64,000 bases of DNA from Monodelphis domestica (Eukaryota). The translations under genes and the position numbers were made by a program. The stretch is from the NCBI RefSeq assembly GCF_027887165.1, contig NC_077230.1:289206949-289270948 (forward strand), given 5' to 3'. The notes beneath the pieces are model-generated. The model was not told where the DNA came from and searched no databases. It saw only the letters and a program-made list of their open reading frames with translations. Shown piece by piece: positions 1-13,330 of this stretch; the stretch's first letter is position 1; every line of letters starts with the position of its first letter.

Positions 1-55
1 GCTCTGTCTCTAGTCCATGAGAAGCAAAAAGTAAACATTATCAAGTTTGGTACAA
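1..55 (+). CDS. PARP4: PARP4 exon, 5'-truncated by the window edge (…ALSLVHEKQKVNIIKFGT + 1 nt), VWA-domain region; donor GTAAGT at 56
   Basis: In-frame translation matches the remembered human PARP4 'HALSLVGEKQKVNIIQFGTGYKELF'. The consensus donor gtaagt at 56-61 follows. Confidence 0.8.
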
Positions 56-2456
56 GTAAGTTTTCTGTTATTGTAGGCTACTCTCTAACAGTATGACTTT
101 CTAAACTTAATCTGTAATCTGAAAAGGAAGGGCATGAATTGCTTTGACAAGAAAAGCCACAAGAGAAAACTGCCTAAGTATTAAGTGACCAATTGTGTGC
201 TACCTTGAGAGGTCCTGGGCTCCTTGTCCCTGGAGGTTTTTAGCAGAAGCAGGATAACTAGATTTGGAGTATGTCATAGAGAAAATTCCTGTCCAGATAC
301 AAGTTGGACTAGATGACTACTGTGATCTCTTCCAACTCTGGGGTTCTCTGAGTCTGTACCAATGGGATTCTTAACTTGAGATCCTTGGGTAAATTTGAGA
401 GGGTCTGTAAACTTAGAGGGGCAAAAGAAAATCACATTTTTATTTTTACTAACCTCTAACTAAAATTCAGTGTTTCAATTATTTAAAAACATAATTCAGA
501 GAAGAGCTCCATAGGTTTCCCCAGGCTGCAGAAGGTACAAAATGTGAAAAAAAAAAAGATTAAGAACCCCTGGGACACTGGGAAGTTGTAGTTCTATTTG
601 TAGACCATATGTTATTAAAAGATGTGTAATCAGATCTTCTACACCTGGTGGGATCAGTGAAAGAGTCATAAGAGAAGGAGGATTGGGCACTGATTTTAAA
701 GAGGAGGCAAAATTCATAGAACAGGGGAGAGTGGAACTCTGTGCTCCATCAACCCATGTGCCCATGCCATTTGGAAAAAGGAATAGTTCTAATTAATATT
801 TTGTCCCACACCTTAGTGTTAACCAAGTGTGAACACTGGGGGTGAATGTTGGTGTAGGACCACAGAAGGAAATGTGAGCCTGTTACCTTTATAGGAATAT
901 AAAGGTTTATTTGAGATAGAGACACATCTTGTTTTACATAATAATTGAGTTCTAAATTAGTGATTTCATGGTATAAATATGTTAGAAAAGTTGCTTATTG
1001 AAAGGACTCCTATGTTGAATCCTTAGAATCCCCTAATTTATCCTTTTTTTAATGTTTCCCAAGCCTCACTCATCAGTTTACTCTGGTGCTGACAGATTGG
1101 AGCTCCCCAGGGTTGGACGCTACTGCTTTAGGGTTCTAGAAGGTGTGGGCAGATAACTGCCTCATAACACTGCCTCATGTGTCTCCACTAATGGACTCTC
1201 CCTTAACGCCCAGACAGAAAACTTGTTTTTTTTAGTCAAATGACATAACAACAACAGTAATTACAAAGCATTTTGCCCAACACCAGGGGCACATTCTCCC
1301 ACAGATCTATCCAGCGTCTTGGGAGAAAGGGCAAAGAGAGCATAAATTTAAAGCATAAATTAAATTTAAATTTAATGAGGCTGATGTGTGGGGAACAAAT
1401 GTAGCCAAGGCACCTCACAAAAATAAAAGTGCAGAGTGTTGGACCCCTTCTTTTTCTAGAGGTTGTTCTCAACATTTGTGGCAGAACAGGCATGGTGCTC
1501 TGGTGCTCTTCTGGGCTAGCTCCTCACAGGTCTGGGTCTCTGTGGCATCAGCCCCACAAATGAGTTTGTGAATCTTGAGGTGTAATATTTCCACTGGAAG
1601 GACCAATCTTCTGCTGGGCAGTTATGCTGGCTCCCCACCAGACTCAGCTACTGCTGATGGACAGTGGCATCTAGATAGAAGGAGGCAGCTCCTACCAGCT
1701 TGGACCAGGTTGATCTCTCAGGTCAGGAGGAGAGCATCCCTGCTCCATGTTTACATTTGCCTCTAGGTGGAGTCAAGTAGGTTGGCATGGTTAGCTGTCA
1801 ATAGACTGCTGTTCCTTAGACCTTTCAAAGTCTCCCAAAGCCCTGTTCCAAAAGATAGAAAATATAAGCAGGAGGTAGCCACATCCCAGATACAGACTTA
1901 CTTTAGAGCCCATAAACTCACTAGCTGGCCTAGTAGGGGGAGAGAGGAAAAGGATATACCCCTTACCACTGGCTCTCCAGATCTCAGACATCCTTATGTG
2001 TCATGACCATGGGAAAGAAAGAATGAGTTCCTATATTGGGACCTTTTGTTAAAACTCATTTCCTCAAGCAAAAGATCCCTCTTCACCATGCAGTAAGTGG
2101 GCAGGAAACAGTTGCAGAATAATTTCCATTGCTAGTAGAGAGCTGCATACTTTTGTCCCACATCATCATGATTTTCTAGAAATGGGTTCATCAAACATCC
2201 AAAAGTCCCCCAGTACATCCTCCTAGGATTAGCCCTCATTTGTCAGTCCCTTGTTACAATTACAAGTTAAGATATACGTATATATCTATATATAAAATCT
2301 ATATTAAATTTCCTAAAGGTGAGGCCCAACTAAATAAATGTATATAAACAAATATTTTAGATATTTTTAAATGATAGAAATAGAACTACATAATGATACT
2401 ATGCTAGAAATTACTGTAATAAATATTTAATGGAAATGTCAAATTTCATTATACAG

Positions 2457-2524
2457 ATTATACAGAATTATTTTCCTATCCAAAGTACTCTACAAGTAAT
2501 CCTAAACTGACTGAGTTCATTATG
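2457..2524 (+). CDS. PARP4: PARP4 exon (phase 1) encoding (N)YTELFSYPKYSTSNPKLTEFIM
   Basis: Acceptor ...cattatacag|at, donor atg|gtgagt. Reading from phase 1 after the previous exon matches human 'GYKELFSYPKHITSNTMAAEFIM'. A tandem alternative acceptor AG lies 9 nt downstream. Confidence 0.75.
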
Positions 2525-3614
2525 GTGAGTAAAACACTCTTTCTTAATCTCTTGAGTCTTTACCTGTGAAATTTCAACGATATTCCCAGGATTTTTCTGT
2601 ACCTGAGACTCTGAGTAAACATTGCTATTTTTGTTAAATTGCTTGTTACTATCTCATTTACTTATGTAGCTTTTGCACTTTTGGTGCTGATTTTTCCAAT
2701 CTGAAAAAGCATTGCAATTAGTATGTGACTGACAGTGACCATTTTATAAAGAAGTAGAAAGGAAGTAAAGGTGATATAGACACAGATGGGGAGGCAGGAA
2801 GGCAGATTTAGGTAATCTTTGGTGGAAAGACAGCTTAAGGCAGAAGATAATTTTTACAGAGAGTGAGTCACAGATGGGCAGGTAAACCAATTAAACCAGG
2901 GACCTGAACAATTGGTCTCTTAAGAGTCTAATGTATGATGTGCAATTTGAGACAAGCCACTATACCAATTCCTTTTTCCTATTTTCTCTAAAATAAGGCT
3001 GCAGCCAGGAATGAATTAAGAGCAATCATAAAGTAAGTCAAAATAATATCTGATTGTAACTCTTTTTCTTTGTCTTTTAAAAGTACTGGCTGTCAAGGGT
3101 TTTAATGGGACAATTTATAAGTCGAGGAGAATATAAATTAAAAAGTTTAATTGGTGACAAATGTAAGTTTAATTGATTTTGTGGATATTTAAAGTTAAGG
3201 GTGTAATGACATATTTAAAACAAACAGCAACAAAAGAACACATTCTCACTAAATGTAGGCACTTAAAAGAGAATGCTTGTTTTCTAGTTACCTGAAAGGA
3301 TATGTGAGAATTCTTTTTTTCTAAGTTCATAGTGCAGTAATGGAATATTAGTCTTCTTGTTCTTCCCAGACACAATAGTAAATATGTCATTTTAAAAAGT
3401 TGTTTAATAAAAAAATAAAGGGGGAGCCTTTTTAAAGAAGGAGGTATGCTCCTCTTTTGAAACAGTTAATATTAATTTTATTAATAATATTAATTCATTT
3501 ATTATAATTTATTAATTTATTTAGCTAACTATTTTATTAATTAATTTAATCATTATATTTAATAGCAAGTTCCTAAAGAGTTAATAAAGCCTTCTTTCTT
3601 TTAATTTTCTCCAG

Positions 3615-3802
3615 TCTGCTACACCTACCATGGGAAATACCGACTTCTGGAAAACCCTGCGCTTTTTAAGCTTACTTTATCCTTCTCAAGGGATGCGCAA
3701 CATACTTCTTCTATCTGATGGGCACATCCAGAATGAAAGCCTGACACTGCAGATTGTAAAAAGAAATGTTAGACACACCCGCTTATTTGCATGTGGCATT
3801 GG
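3615..3802 (+). CDS. PARP4: PARP4 exon encoding SATPTMGNTDFWKTLRFLSLLYPSQGMRNILLLSDGHIQNESLTLQIVKRNVRHTRLFACGI(G), VWA domain
   Basis: Polypyrimidine tract plus cag acceptor at 3612-3614 and donor gg|gtaagt at 3803. The translation is a near-exact match to the human PARP4 VWA segment. Confidence 0.9.
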
Positions 3803-4542
3803 GTAAGTGCAAGAAAAATCATTATGTTCATGGAAATCCAGGTGTGGGTGGCCAACAGAATGTTGGTAATGTGAGACTGGAATTTAGAGAATTAGGAGAG
3901 GATATATACATTATGCAGGTGATGTCAAAAGATAAATTAACCCCATGAGAGCTGAGGAGATAACCAAGGGAAAAACTGTAGAAAGAAGAGGACCAAAGGC
4001 AGTTCCTGAATTAAGAAGCAAAGAATGGATAGATCAGCAAAGGAGACTAAGAAGGAGTAGTCTGGAGAATAACTAGGAGAGAACAGGGTCACAGAAGCTG
4101 AAGGAAGGAGATGGTGTTTGGTTTTCCTTGGCATTTGGGTTAGGAACATGCATTTTTCCATAGTGGGTATAAGTGGTCACCATCATTTCAGTCCCCACCC
4201 CTGCTTCTGGTTGAAAGGAGACTGGTCTCTCTTTAGAAAGAAGTATGATCTGAAAGACCATCTGTCAACACCACTTTCCAAAAGCTTTGTTGAGAAAGAT
4301 CAGCACATCCATTAGTCTGAGGAGTTTAAATTACCTTTGTTCTCCCTAATATAGTTTATTTTATTTCCTTTGAATTACAAATCTCAAAACCACCATGGGG
4401 GTGGGGGGAGGAGGCATGACACCATCTGTTGGTGCCATGTGCTTTCTTTTGTTTACATTTTAAGCTTTGACATGTGTCATTGTAAAGACGCTTGAAATTA
4501 TTTCCATAATTCTTTGAAACTAAACCTTTAAAATTTTATCAG

Positions 4543-4642
4543 GTCCACAGCAAATCGTCATATCCTGAGAGCTTTGTCCCAGTATGGTGCTGGAGCATTT
4601 GAATACTTTAACACAAAATCTAAGTATAGTTGGAAAAAACAG
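4543..4642 (+). CDS. PARP4: PARP4 exon encoding (G)STANRHILRALSQYGAGAFEYFNTKSKYSWKKQ
   Basis: Acceptor atcag|g and donor cag|gtaagt at 4643. Matches human 'STANRHVLRILSQCGAGVFEYFNAKSKHSWRKQ'. Confidence 0.9.
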
Positions 4643-4840
4643 GTAAGTTTCTTCACCTTTTCATTCTTCTCTCAGTTCTTCCTATAAGAATATGAAATAT
4701 CACAAACATTAATTGTGTTTTTAAGTCTTATGCAACAGTCAGTGAAGCAGATTTCTGGTCTCTAACACCTATAGACACATAGTAAATCACTTCACTTTAG
4801 TCCTTGTCTTGGACTATACTAAGTGTTGGTTCTAAGTGAA

Positions 4841-4845
<5 letters not shown>

Positions 4846-4907
<62 letters not shown>

Positions 4908-4932
4908 TACATATATATGTATATATATATAT
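4846..4932. repeat. (TA)n microsatellite
   Basis: About 43 TA units read directly from the sequence. Confidence 0.95.
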
Positions 4933-7682
4933 TCTTGTTAGAAAGGATGGTAGGGAATCAGGTTGAATATACTATTATTGTTACAGAGTATCCCAATTCC
5001 CTTTAGGGCCAGTGCACACACCTTCTTTGAGACCAAATAGTATACAAGGTATTAAAGTTTATTTATAAACAAAGGATAGATTTTGAGGATAGAAATACCA
5101 GGATATCCTAGCTTTCCAACCCCAAATCTACACCCACCACAAGGTGGACTCTTCTGATCTTGATGCTACACTACTTCTCCCCGGCTCTAGCTATTTCCCA
5201 CCAAACCTCTCTATTCTACCTGACTAAATCCTCAATAGACTGAATGAGTTAGATGTCTCCAAGTTGTCTCCAGAAGTCACTGAGAATGAACTCAAGATGA
5301 CTAAGTTCACTCAGAGCAGAGGAAGGCTCTGCGGATGCCCCTCAGAGACCCACAAACCTTAAAGCAATATATCAATGTCCTCTGTTATGATCATAATCAT
5401 TGGTCTTGTTAAAAATTGGTTTCACCCAGTGGAATTGCAAATCAGCTACGGGGGGAGGGGGAAATAGGAGAGGAGGGAAAGAACATGAATCATGTAACCA
5501 TGGGAAAATATTCTAAATTAATTAAGTAAAAATTTTCAATTAAAAAATCGGTTTCATTATTCAATAACTAGACCTTGTATAAACCCCAAGAAAGGCCTGG
5601 AGTCCCTTATGACTGACATAGTGGAAAGAGGCCTTGACTAGGAATGCGGAAGGAAGCATTATGGAATGATGCAGAGAACTCTAGCTTAGAGGCCTGAAAT
5701 AGTGAAAAATAAATATTATATCAAATGTAATATTCTCAATGTAATATTTAGAAATTAGTTTGGAAATATAATACTAGTAAAAGATTGATGTGGTCACCAT
5801 TTATAAAATAATTAACCCTTAAGTCACGAGGATGATAGTAGCTTTTAACAATTTAATTTTAATATGAATATAGTTTAAGAAAGAAATAAGGAGGGAAGGA
5901 AATGGGAAAAAAATATTTCCTAGCCTGCCACCCTAATCTTACCAGCCCGCGTGAGTGTCTTTCACCCTAGCCTCCAGTGCTGAATCTCAGACAAGCTCCC
6001 AACCAAAAATCTCCAGAGAAAAGCCCCAGCCTCCTCTAGGGTCTCATTTTTATAGACCTCCTTCTCCAAATCACATCCTTTCACTGTGGGCTGGTCTAGC
6101 ACATCTCAGGAACCAATCAAAGTCTCTCTGACCCGGACTTGTAACCCTATGTTCTGGGTCATGCTCCTAGGGCTGGTTCGGAGGAGTAGAAAGTTCACTC
6201 CCCTAGGAGGAAGGGGTTCTCTTTAAAGGCCTGTGTTCAAATTCTGCTCCTGAGAGTACCTGACTGACTGAACAAGTCACTTAAGCTTCCCTGAACCTCA
6301 GCTTCTTCAGTTAAAAGTTGAAGAGGTTAGACTAGAAGGTCTCCCTCAGTTTTAGATCTATAATCCTCAATTTCCATATTAATAAGGGCTAGAAGAAAAA
6401 AGGATTAGATGGCCTCTGTAAGCCTTTCTAACTCAAAATCTTTGATCCTGTGATCAGAAGTCTTGAGATTGAATTCTTTGCCTAATACCCTGTGATTACC
6501 ATTGATACCCATTGAACTAAAATTTCCTCATCTAGAAAATGGGGATCATAACACTTAAAGGGTCTTATGAGATAAGCATTTTATCATCCTCAAAACACGA
6601 TGTAAATATAATTTATGACTATGACTAGGATCATTTTTCTAATTATGGATGTTTGGGTTCTTTTAATCACATTAAGTATAAAAATAAATTGCAATTTAAA
6701 ATTCATTTTTATGTTTTGAAAAACAAGTTGTTCTTTTTTTGTGTTTAGAAAAGGATGAGCCTAAGGGAAAAATGTAATAAAATAGAGAATAGACCATATT
6801 ACTGTCTGGAAAAATAAAGGTTAACCAACCTGTCTTTCATTAGAGGAGAAGGAATGAATAGAAATCTGAAAGTGGGCAGCATAATTCCTTGGTGAATTCC
6901 CAGAATCATCTGCCATTTCATCAAAAAAGTTTAGGTCCAGAAAGAACTCCAGTGATCATTTGATCCAACCAATGATACAGTGGAAAGAATGCTGGTATTT
7001 TGGTGTCATAGGACCTGGGTTCAAATCCTGCCTTGGTCACTTATGTGAACTTTGGGCACATTACTAATTGGACTTTTTTTGAACCTCAAATTCCCAATCA
7101 GTAGAATGAAGACGTTGAATTAGAAATGACCTTTCACATCCCTCCTGCTTCTAAATGTTGGGTGCTTTCCCAAATACTAAGTGATCTCTAGGGACACAGA
7201 CCCAAAATTAGAACCCTTATTTCTGAACTATCAGTCCAGTTCTCTTTCCCTATATTGGTTTTTGTCATTTACCTTGAACATAGTAGATAACATAACAAAT
7301 ATTTGTTCAGTGGTTCTTCCACAGATCATTTGATTTTCTGTGCTTTATAAAGTGTCGTGTAACAATCACCAAGCTAAGTGTTGTATAATACCTGTAATAA
7401 TACAATTAATTTTGTAACTGAAAGCTACTCTAAAAATTGGACACTAAAGACACTAATGAAGGCATTGCAGTAATTTTTACACATGTAAATTGGGTTACAA
7501 TGCTACTATAATAATTTAAAAGGGATTTTTGGCAATTTAATCCCAATATTTTTCTTCTATATAGATTAAGAAAGAAAAACTATAAAAGTATGAGAACACA
7601 AATATATTAAATTAGTATAAAAGTTCTTTTTTGTGGTGGATTTAAATCAAGGCCTAATCTATTTTTTTCTTTTGGTAAATAG

Positions 7683-7853
7683 ATTGAAGACCAGATGACA
7701 AGAATATTTTCTCCAGGATGTAGCTCTGTGTCTGTTAAATGGCAACAATTAACTCCAAATTCACCAGAGCCTATGCAGGCTCCCATACAAATCCAGGCCT
7801 TATTCAACAATGACAGACTTCTTGTGTATGGATTTATTCCTCATTGTACTCAG
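7683..7853 (+). CDS. PARP4: PARP4 exon encoding IEDQMTRIFSPGCSSVSVKWQQLTPNSPEPMQAPIQIQALFNNDRLLVYGFIPHCTQ
   Basis: Acceptor ag at 7681-7682 and donor cag|gtaaag. 57 codons, phase 0. Matches human 'IEDQMTRLCSPSCHSVSVKWQQLNPDAPE...LVYGFIPHCTQ'. Confidence 0.9.
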
Positions 7854-8162
7854 GTAAAGAGTGGTCCAAAGAAATCCAAGCCTTTTTTGAATATTTAATT
7901 TTTTTCTTTTCTTTTTCTTTTATTTATTTGCTGGTAACTATCTCATCTCCTTCCTTCCCTCCTTGCATCATAAAAGCTACCATTTAACAGAAATATAGAA
8001 ATATATATATATAAATTATGTCTTTTGTGTTTTTGTTTATCAGATCTTTTTCCAGAAGTAGACATTCACAAGTTATTCTTCAAATATTACTTCTGTAGCT
8101 GTATATAATGTTCCCTTGCTTTTACTTGTTTCTCTCTTCCTTATTTCATGTGGGTTTTCCCA

Positions 8163-9660
8163 AGTTTAAAAAAAATTTACCTCATTATTATGGCAAAATA
8201 GTATTCCATCTTATTCATATACCACAATTTGTTCAGCCATTCCTCAATTGATGGGCGTCCCTTCAGTTTCCAGTTCTCTGCTACCACAGAAAATGCTGCT
8301 ATAAATATTTTGGAGCATACAGGTTCTTTTCCTTTTTCCCTGAGCTCCTTGGGAAAGAGAGTAAATAGTGGTATTTCTGGGTCACAAGGCATACACAGTT
8401 TTATTATTCTCTGGGCATAATTCCAAATTGCTCTCCAAAATGTTTGGATCAGTTCACAGTTTCACCAACAACGTCCCTATTTTTCTACATCCTCTCCAAT
8501 ATTTGCCATTTTGCCCTTTTATCATTTTAGCAAATCTAATAGGTGTGAGATGATATTGCAGAATTGTTTTGATTTCCATTTTTCTAATCAGTCATTATTT
8601 AGAGCATTTTTTCATATGCTTTTATATATGGGTTTTATTTCTTTATCCAAAAATTGTATGTTCATATCTTTTGGCCATTTATCAATTGGTGAATAGTCCA
8701 TATTCCTTTAAATTTGACAGAATTCTCTAAAATATTTTAGATACGAGACCTCTATCTGAGAAACAGTCTATAAATTTTTTTCCCAATTTTGTTTTCTTCC
8801 TAGTATTATCTACATTAGTTTTATTTGTACAAATACTTTGTAATTTAATGAATTCAAAATTACCTCTTTACATCTTACAATGCTTTCTATCTTCTCTTTA
8901 TTCATAAATTCATCTCCTCACCATAAATCTAATAGATAATAAATGTTCCATGTTTCTCTAATGTACTTTATGATATCTTTCTTTATGTCTAAGTCATGTA
9001 TCCATTTTTATCTTATTTTAATGAATAGTGTAAGATACTGGTCTATGCCTAGTTTTTGCCAAACTATATTCCAATTATCCCAATAATTTTTACCAAATAC
9101 TGAGTTCTTATCCAAAAAACTTGGATTTATACTATCAAATACAGTTACTATAACTTTTTACTCTTACTTGTTATATGTCTGTTCAGTACCACTGATTTAT
9201 TTTTCTGTTTCTTAGCCAACATCAGCTAGTTTTGATAATTACTGCTATATAATACAGTTTAAAAATCTGACACTGCTAGACTTCCTTCCTTTACTTTTTT
9301 TCATTAATTCCTTTGATATTCTTGATCTTTTATTCTTTCAGATAAATTTTATTATTTTTTCTAGCTCAATAAAATAATTTTTTCTTAATTTAATTGGAAT
9401 AGTATTGAATCATTTAAATTATATTGGCTCTGCCATGGCATATCTATGAACCAATTACTATTTCTCCAATTATTTAAATCTGACTTTACTTGTGTAAAAT
9501 GTGCTTTATAAAAATGTTGTATTTGACTAGTTAGCCAACTAATCTATGGCTTATTTTGAAGCTCTATCCCTTCGACTGATAACGTTTTTCCAAACAATAG
9601 TAAATGTTTTTTGCTTCTGTCTTTCCTTGGGGATTATTTATTGTTAATTATTGGAATCAT
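8163..9660 (-). mobile_element. L1 (LINE-1) 5'-truncated fragment: ORF2 C-terminus plus 3'UTR. The poly(A) end lies at the low-coordinate side
   Basis: The minus-strand ORF at 8177-8392 encodes 'KIFIAAFSVVAENWKLKGRPSIEEWLNKLWYMNKMEYYFAIIMR', which is the conserved L1 ORF2 C-terminus. The sequence at 8400-9600 is homologous to the reverse complement of the ORF2 3' part of the full-length L1 in this window. A poly-T run sits at about 8163-8172. Confidence 0.8.
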
Positions 9661-9743
9661 CACTGCTAAAGGTATCAGTATCTTAGAGGTTAGGAATATA
9701 GAGTAGAAAAAAGTAATCACATTTTTTTTTTAATGTCTTTCAG

Positions 9744-9824
9744 GCTATCCTAAGTGCTTTATTTCAAGACAGAGAATTTCAAACAATGGTATCAACTACT
9801 GAACTACAGAAGACAACTGGAACT
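9744..9824 (+). CDS. PARP4: PARP4 exon encoding AILSALFQDREFQTMVSTTELQKTTGT
   Basis: Acceptor tttcag|gct and donor act|gtaaga. Matches human 'ATLCALIQEKEFCTMVSTTELQKTTGT'. Confidence 0.88.
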
Positions 9825-10020
9825 GTAAGATTCAAGATTTCATAGATAGATAGGTACCTTTGATAGTAATCAAAGTAATCAAATTTGCATACTTTTGTTT
9901 AATATACATCATATACTTAGTTTTGTGATATTCTGTGTACTTTAAAAATATTTTTATTTCAGTTTTTTCAAGTCTAACTTAGGGAAGTAATTGTCTGGAC
10001 ATATGAGCTTACTTTTCTAT

Positions 10021-13000
10021 AGTAGTAGTAGTCTCTCGGTGATCGAGAATGACTGTTGTCTTTGTGCAGTTTCATCTACGGTGTACCCTCATGTGGCTTT
10101 GGAGTCCAAAGGCTGAGGCGCAGAGTTTGTGGCACATGGGGCCTGGGACGCCAGTTGTTATGGGAGGTGCAGTTGTGGCCTGGTGTCGGCGTTCACGCGC
10201 AGCAGCAAGACGTCGACGTCGCTTATCTTCAAAGGTGGTGGCGGCATGGTTAATGTAGGTTCACCAGCTGCTTCTGACAGAGGCAGCGAGTTCTAGTTGC
10301 TTTGGTGTAATGCCAGCCCACTTCAAGTTAGACTTTAGCTGATCCTTGTATCTTTTCTTTGGTCGGCCTTGTTTCCCGAGTCCAGCTGACAGTTCACCGT
10401 AGAATACCTGTCTTGGTATTCGCTGTGGGTCCATGCGGATGACGTGTCCAGACCATCGTAGCTGGGTTTGGAGGACCAGGACTTCGATGCTGGTGGAGTT
10501 GGCTCTGTCGAGGACTTCCTGGTTGGTGATTCGGTCCTGCCATCGGATCCTCATGATTGACCGGAGGGAGCGTTGGTGGAATTGCTCCAGCTGTTTCATG
10601 TGCTTCCGGTACAGTGTCCATGTCTCGCAACCGTACAGGAGCGAGCTGAGGACCACTGCGTTGTACACTTTGAGCTTCATTGCAGTGCTTACACCACTGT
10701 GTTGGAGGACTTTGCAGCGCAGCCGCCCGAGTGCCTGGCTGGCCTTTTGGATCCTGGCATTAATCTCGTGGTCTAGGGACCCGTCGTTGGTGATGGTGCT
10801 GCCCAGGTACTTGAAAGTGTTGATGTTAGAAAGCTGCGTGCCATCGATTGTAATGCACAGCTGGTTAGTTGGCCTCCCTGGTGCAGGTTGGAACAGCAAC
10901 TCTGTTTTGCTGAGGCTGATAGTCAGGCCAAACAGTTTTGTTGTGATGGAGAACCTGTCCACAATGGTTTGGGGATGATTTTCTTGGTGGGCCATGAGAG
11001 CACAGTCATCTGCAAAGAGAGCTTCCAGTATGAGTCTCTCTGTTGTCTTTGTTTTTGCAGTCAGGTGGTGAAGGTCAAATAGTGAGCCATCCAGTCGGTA
11101 TTTGATTTAGACGCCCAGGTCTAGATCCATCACAGCATGTCGTAATACTTGGGTGAAGGATAGGTTGAATAGTACCGGAGCAAGGACACAGCCTTATTTC
11201 ACGCCATTGGAGATGTTGAAACGATCAAAAGTCTCTCCACCAGATAGGACTTCCCCTGTCATGTCGACATGAAAGAGCTGGATCAGTTTGACGAATTTTG
11301 CTGGGCAATCGAGCTTGCTGAGGATCACCCACAATGCGTCCCTGTTCGCTGTGTCGAAGGCCTTCGTCAGGTCTATGAAGACAATGTAAAGACTCAGGTT
11401 CTGCTCAAGGCATTTTTCCTGCATTTGCCTCACCATGAAGACCATGTCGATGGTGCTGCGATCTGCTCGGAAGCCACATTGTGATTCAGGCAGGTTCTGC
11501 TCTGAAACAGATGATAGGAGTCTGTTGAGTATAATACAGGCGAGGATCTTTCCAGCAGGGGAGAGTAGTGAGATGCCTCTGTAGTTGTCACAGGCTGCTC
11601 GTGAGCCTTTGTTCTTGTATAGGGCTACGATGGAGGCATCTCTGAGTTCTGGGGGAATGTCTTCCTCTTCCCATATGCTGGTCAGCACTATGTGGAATGC
11701 CTGGAGCGCCTTTCCATTTAAGACCTTGTACACCTCGGTTGGGATCCCGTCTTTACCGGGTGCCTTGCCTGCACTCATTTGTTTAATGGCTTTTTGGACT
11801 TCCTCTATTGAAGGAGGGACATCAAGTTGTTCAATGGAGTGGTTTTGGGGGATCTGGTCAAGGGCACTTTGGTTGACTGAAGAGGGTCGGTTGAGAAGCT
11901 GACTGAAGTGTTCTTTCCACCTGTTGCTGATGCCTTTTTTATCTTTTATGAGAGTGTCACCATCAAAGGATAACAAGGGAGTGGTGGTGGGTTTTAATGG
12001 CCCATAGACAGTCTTGAGGGCACTGAAAAATTGTTTGTAGTTTTTCATATCAACAAACTGCTGGATTTCTTCTGCCTTTTTTTCCCACCATTGGTCTTGC
12101 ATCTTCCTGATCTCATGCTGCACCGTGGCTTGGAGAGACTTGAATCTGTCCTTTTTAGGAGCAGAGTTTGGGTTATTTTGCCACTCCATAAAGGCTTTGT
12201 TCTTCTTGGTCAATAGGTCTTCAATAGCAGTGTTGTTCTCATCGAACCAGTCCTGGTGGTTGCGTTGTTTTGGGCCTAGGACTGCCTTTGATGTTTCCTT
12301 CACTGTGTCTCTGAACTAGTTCCATTTCTCAGTTGAGCTTCCAGTGAGTGGTCCCTTGGCAGACAGCTTGTTGTCCAGGCAGGACTGGAATGTTTGCAAA
12401 TAAGATGGATCTCTAAGATGACTCACATTGTAAAATGCGCAAACTGGGCGTGTTTTGGATGTCGAGGCGCAATGCGCATTTGAAGAGTCGCTCTAACCAA
12501 TTGGTGGTCTGTCCAGCATTCAGCTCCTCTCATTACTCTGGTGATCTGTACATCCTGGATGTCTCACTGGCGTACAATGATGTAGTCAATGAGATGCCAC
12601 TGTTTTGATTGTGGGTGCATCCATGTTGTTTTATATTTGTTTGCTATTCTGAACATAGTGTTCATGATGGTGAGTTCGAACTCTGCTGAGTTCGAAGACC
12701 TGCTGAGTAGCAGTAGGCCGTTGTTGTTCATTTTGCCCACGCCGTGTTTGCCGAGCACTCCTTTCCATCTTTCATGGTCCTGGCCAACGCGGGTGTTGAA
12801 GTCTCCCAGTAGTATCAGCTTGTCATTTGTGGGCACTGAGTGCAGGATGGCACTCAGGTCAGAGTAGAACTGCTCGATGGTCTCCTCTGTGCTGGTCAGT
12901 GTTGGGGCATATGAGCTGATGATTGTGGCATACCGGTCTTTGCTGAGAGACAAACAGATCTTCATGAGCCTCTCGCTGATGCCCACAGGCAAGTCTGGCA

Positions 13001-13330
13001 GCTGTTTGAGCAAACTGGTCTTGATGGCCAGGCCAACACCGTGGATTCTGTCTTCATTTGAGGCTCTACCTTTCCAGAAGAAGGTGTATCCAATGGTGGG
13101 TTCGCTGAGTGATCCCTCTTCTGTTAAGTGTGTTTCGCTTAAGGCTGCGATGCCAATGTTATATCGTGCCAGTTCTTTACCGATTAGAGCTGTTCTTCTC
13201 TCAAGTCTTGGGGTATTCTCTCTATCAAGTAATGTCCTGATGTTCTATGCTCCTAGTAGGAGTTTCTTTGTATTTTTTCTTTGATTTTGACCGCTTAAAG
13301 GGGATGACCTGCCAGCCACAGTGTGCTGAC
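10021..13330 (-). mobile_element. RTE-type (BovB/RTE clade) non-LTR retrotransposon, roughly 3.3 kb. It has a single ORF with AP-endonuclease and reverse transcriptase domains, disrupted by frameshifts and stops
   Basis: Minus-strand ORFs at 12564-13013 and further upstream to about 13265 show endonuclease motifs: 'WNIRTL...IAALSETH', 'LILLGDFNTRVG' and 'WMHPQSKQWHLIDYIIVR'. ORFs at 11194-12303 and 10261-10995 show reverse transcriptase motifs: 'CGFRADRSTIDMVF', 'VFIDLTKAFDT' and the C-terminal 'ITNQEVLDRA...LRWSGHVIRM'. There is no ORF1. A 3' (ACT)n tail corresponds to + strand 'agtagtagtagt' at 10021-10032. CpGs are largely retained. Confidence 0.75.

Noticed and set aside
2998-3032. A 35-nt candidate micro-exon (AAARNELRAIIK) with an AG acceptor and a GTAAGT donor, lying between PARP4 exons
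   Set aside because: No reading frame joins it to the flanking exons. One frame has a stop and the other breaks the frame of the exon at 3615. The true intermediate exon is at 2457-2524.
10049-10258. Two overlapping + strand ORFs, Arg-rich, in a CpG-rich patch
   Set aside because: They lie antisense within the 3' region of the RTE element and are a GC-composition artefact.
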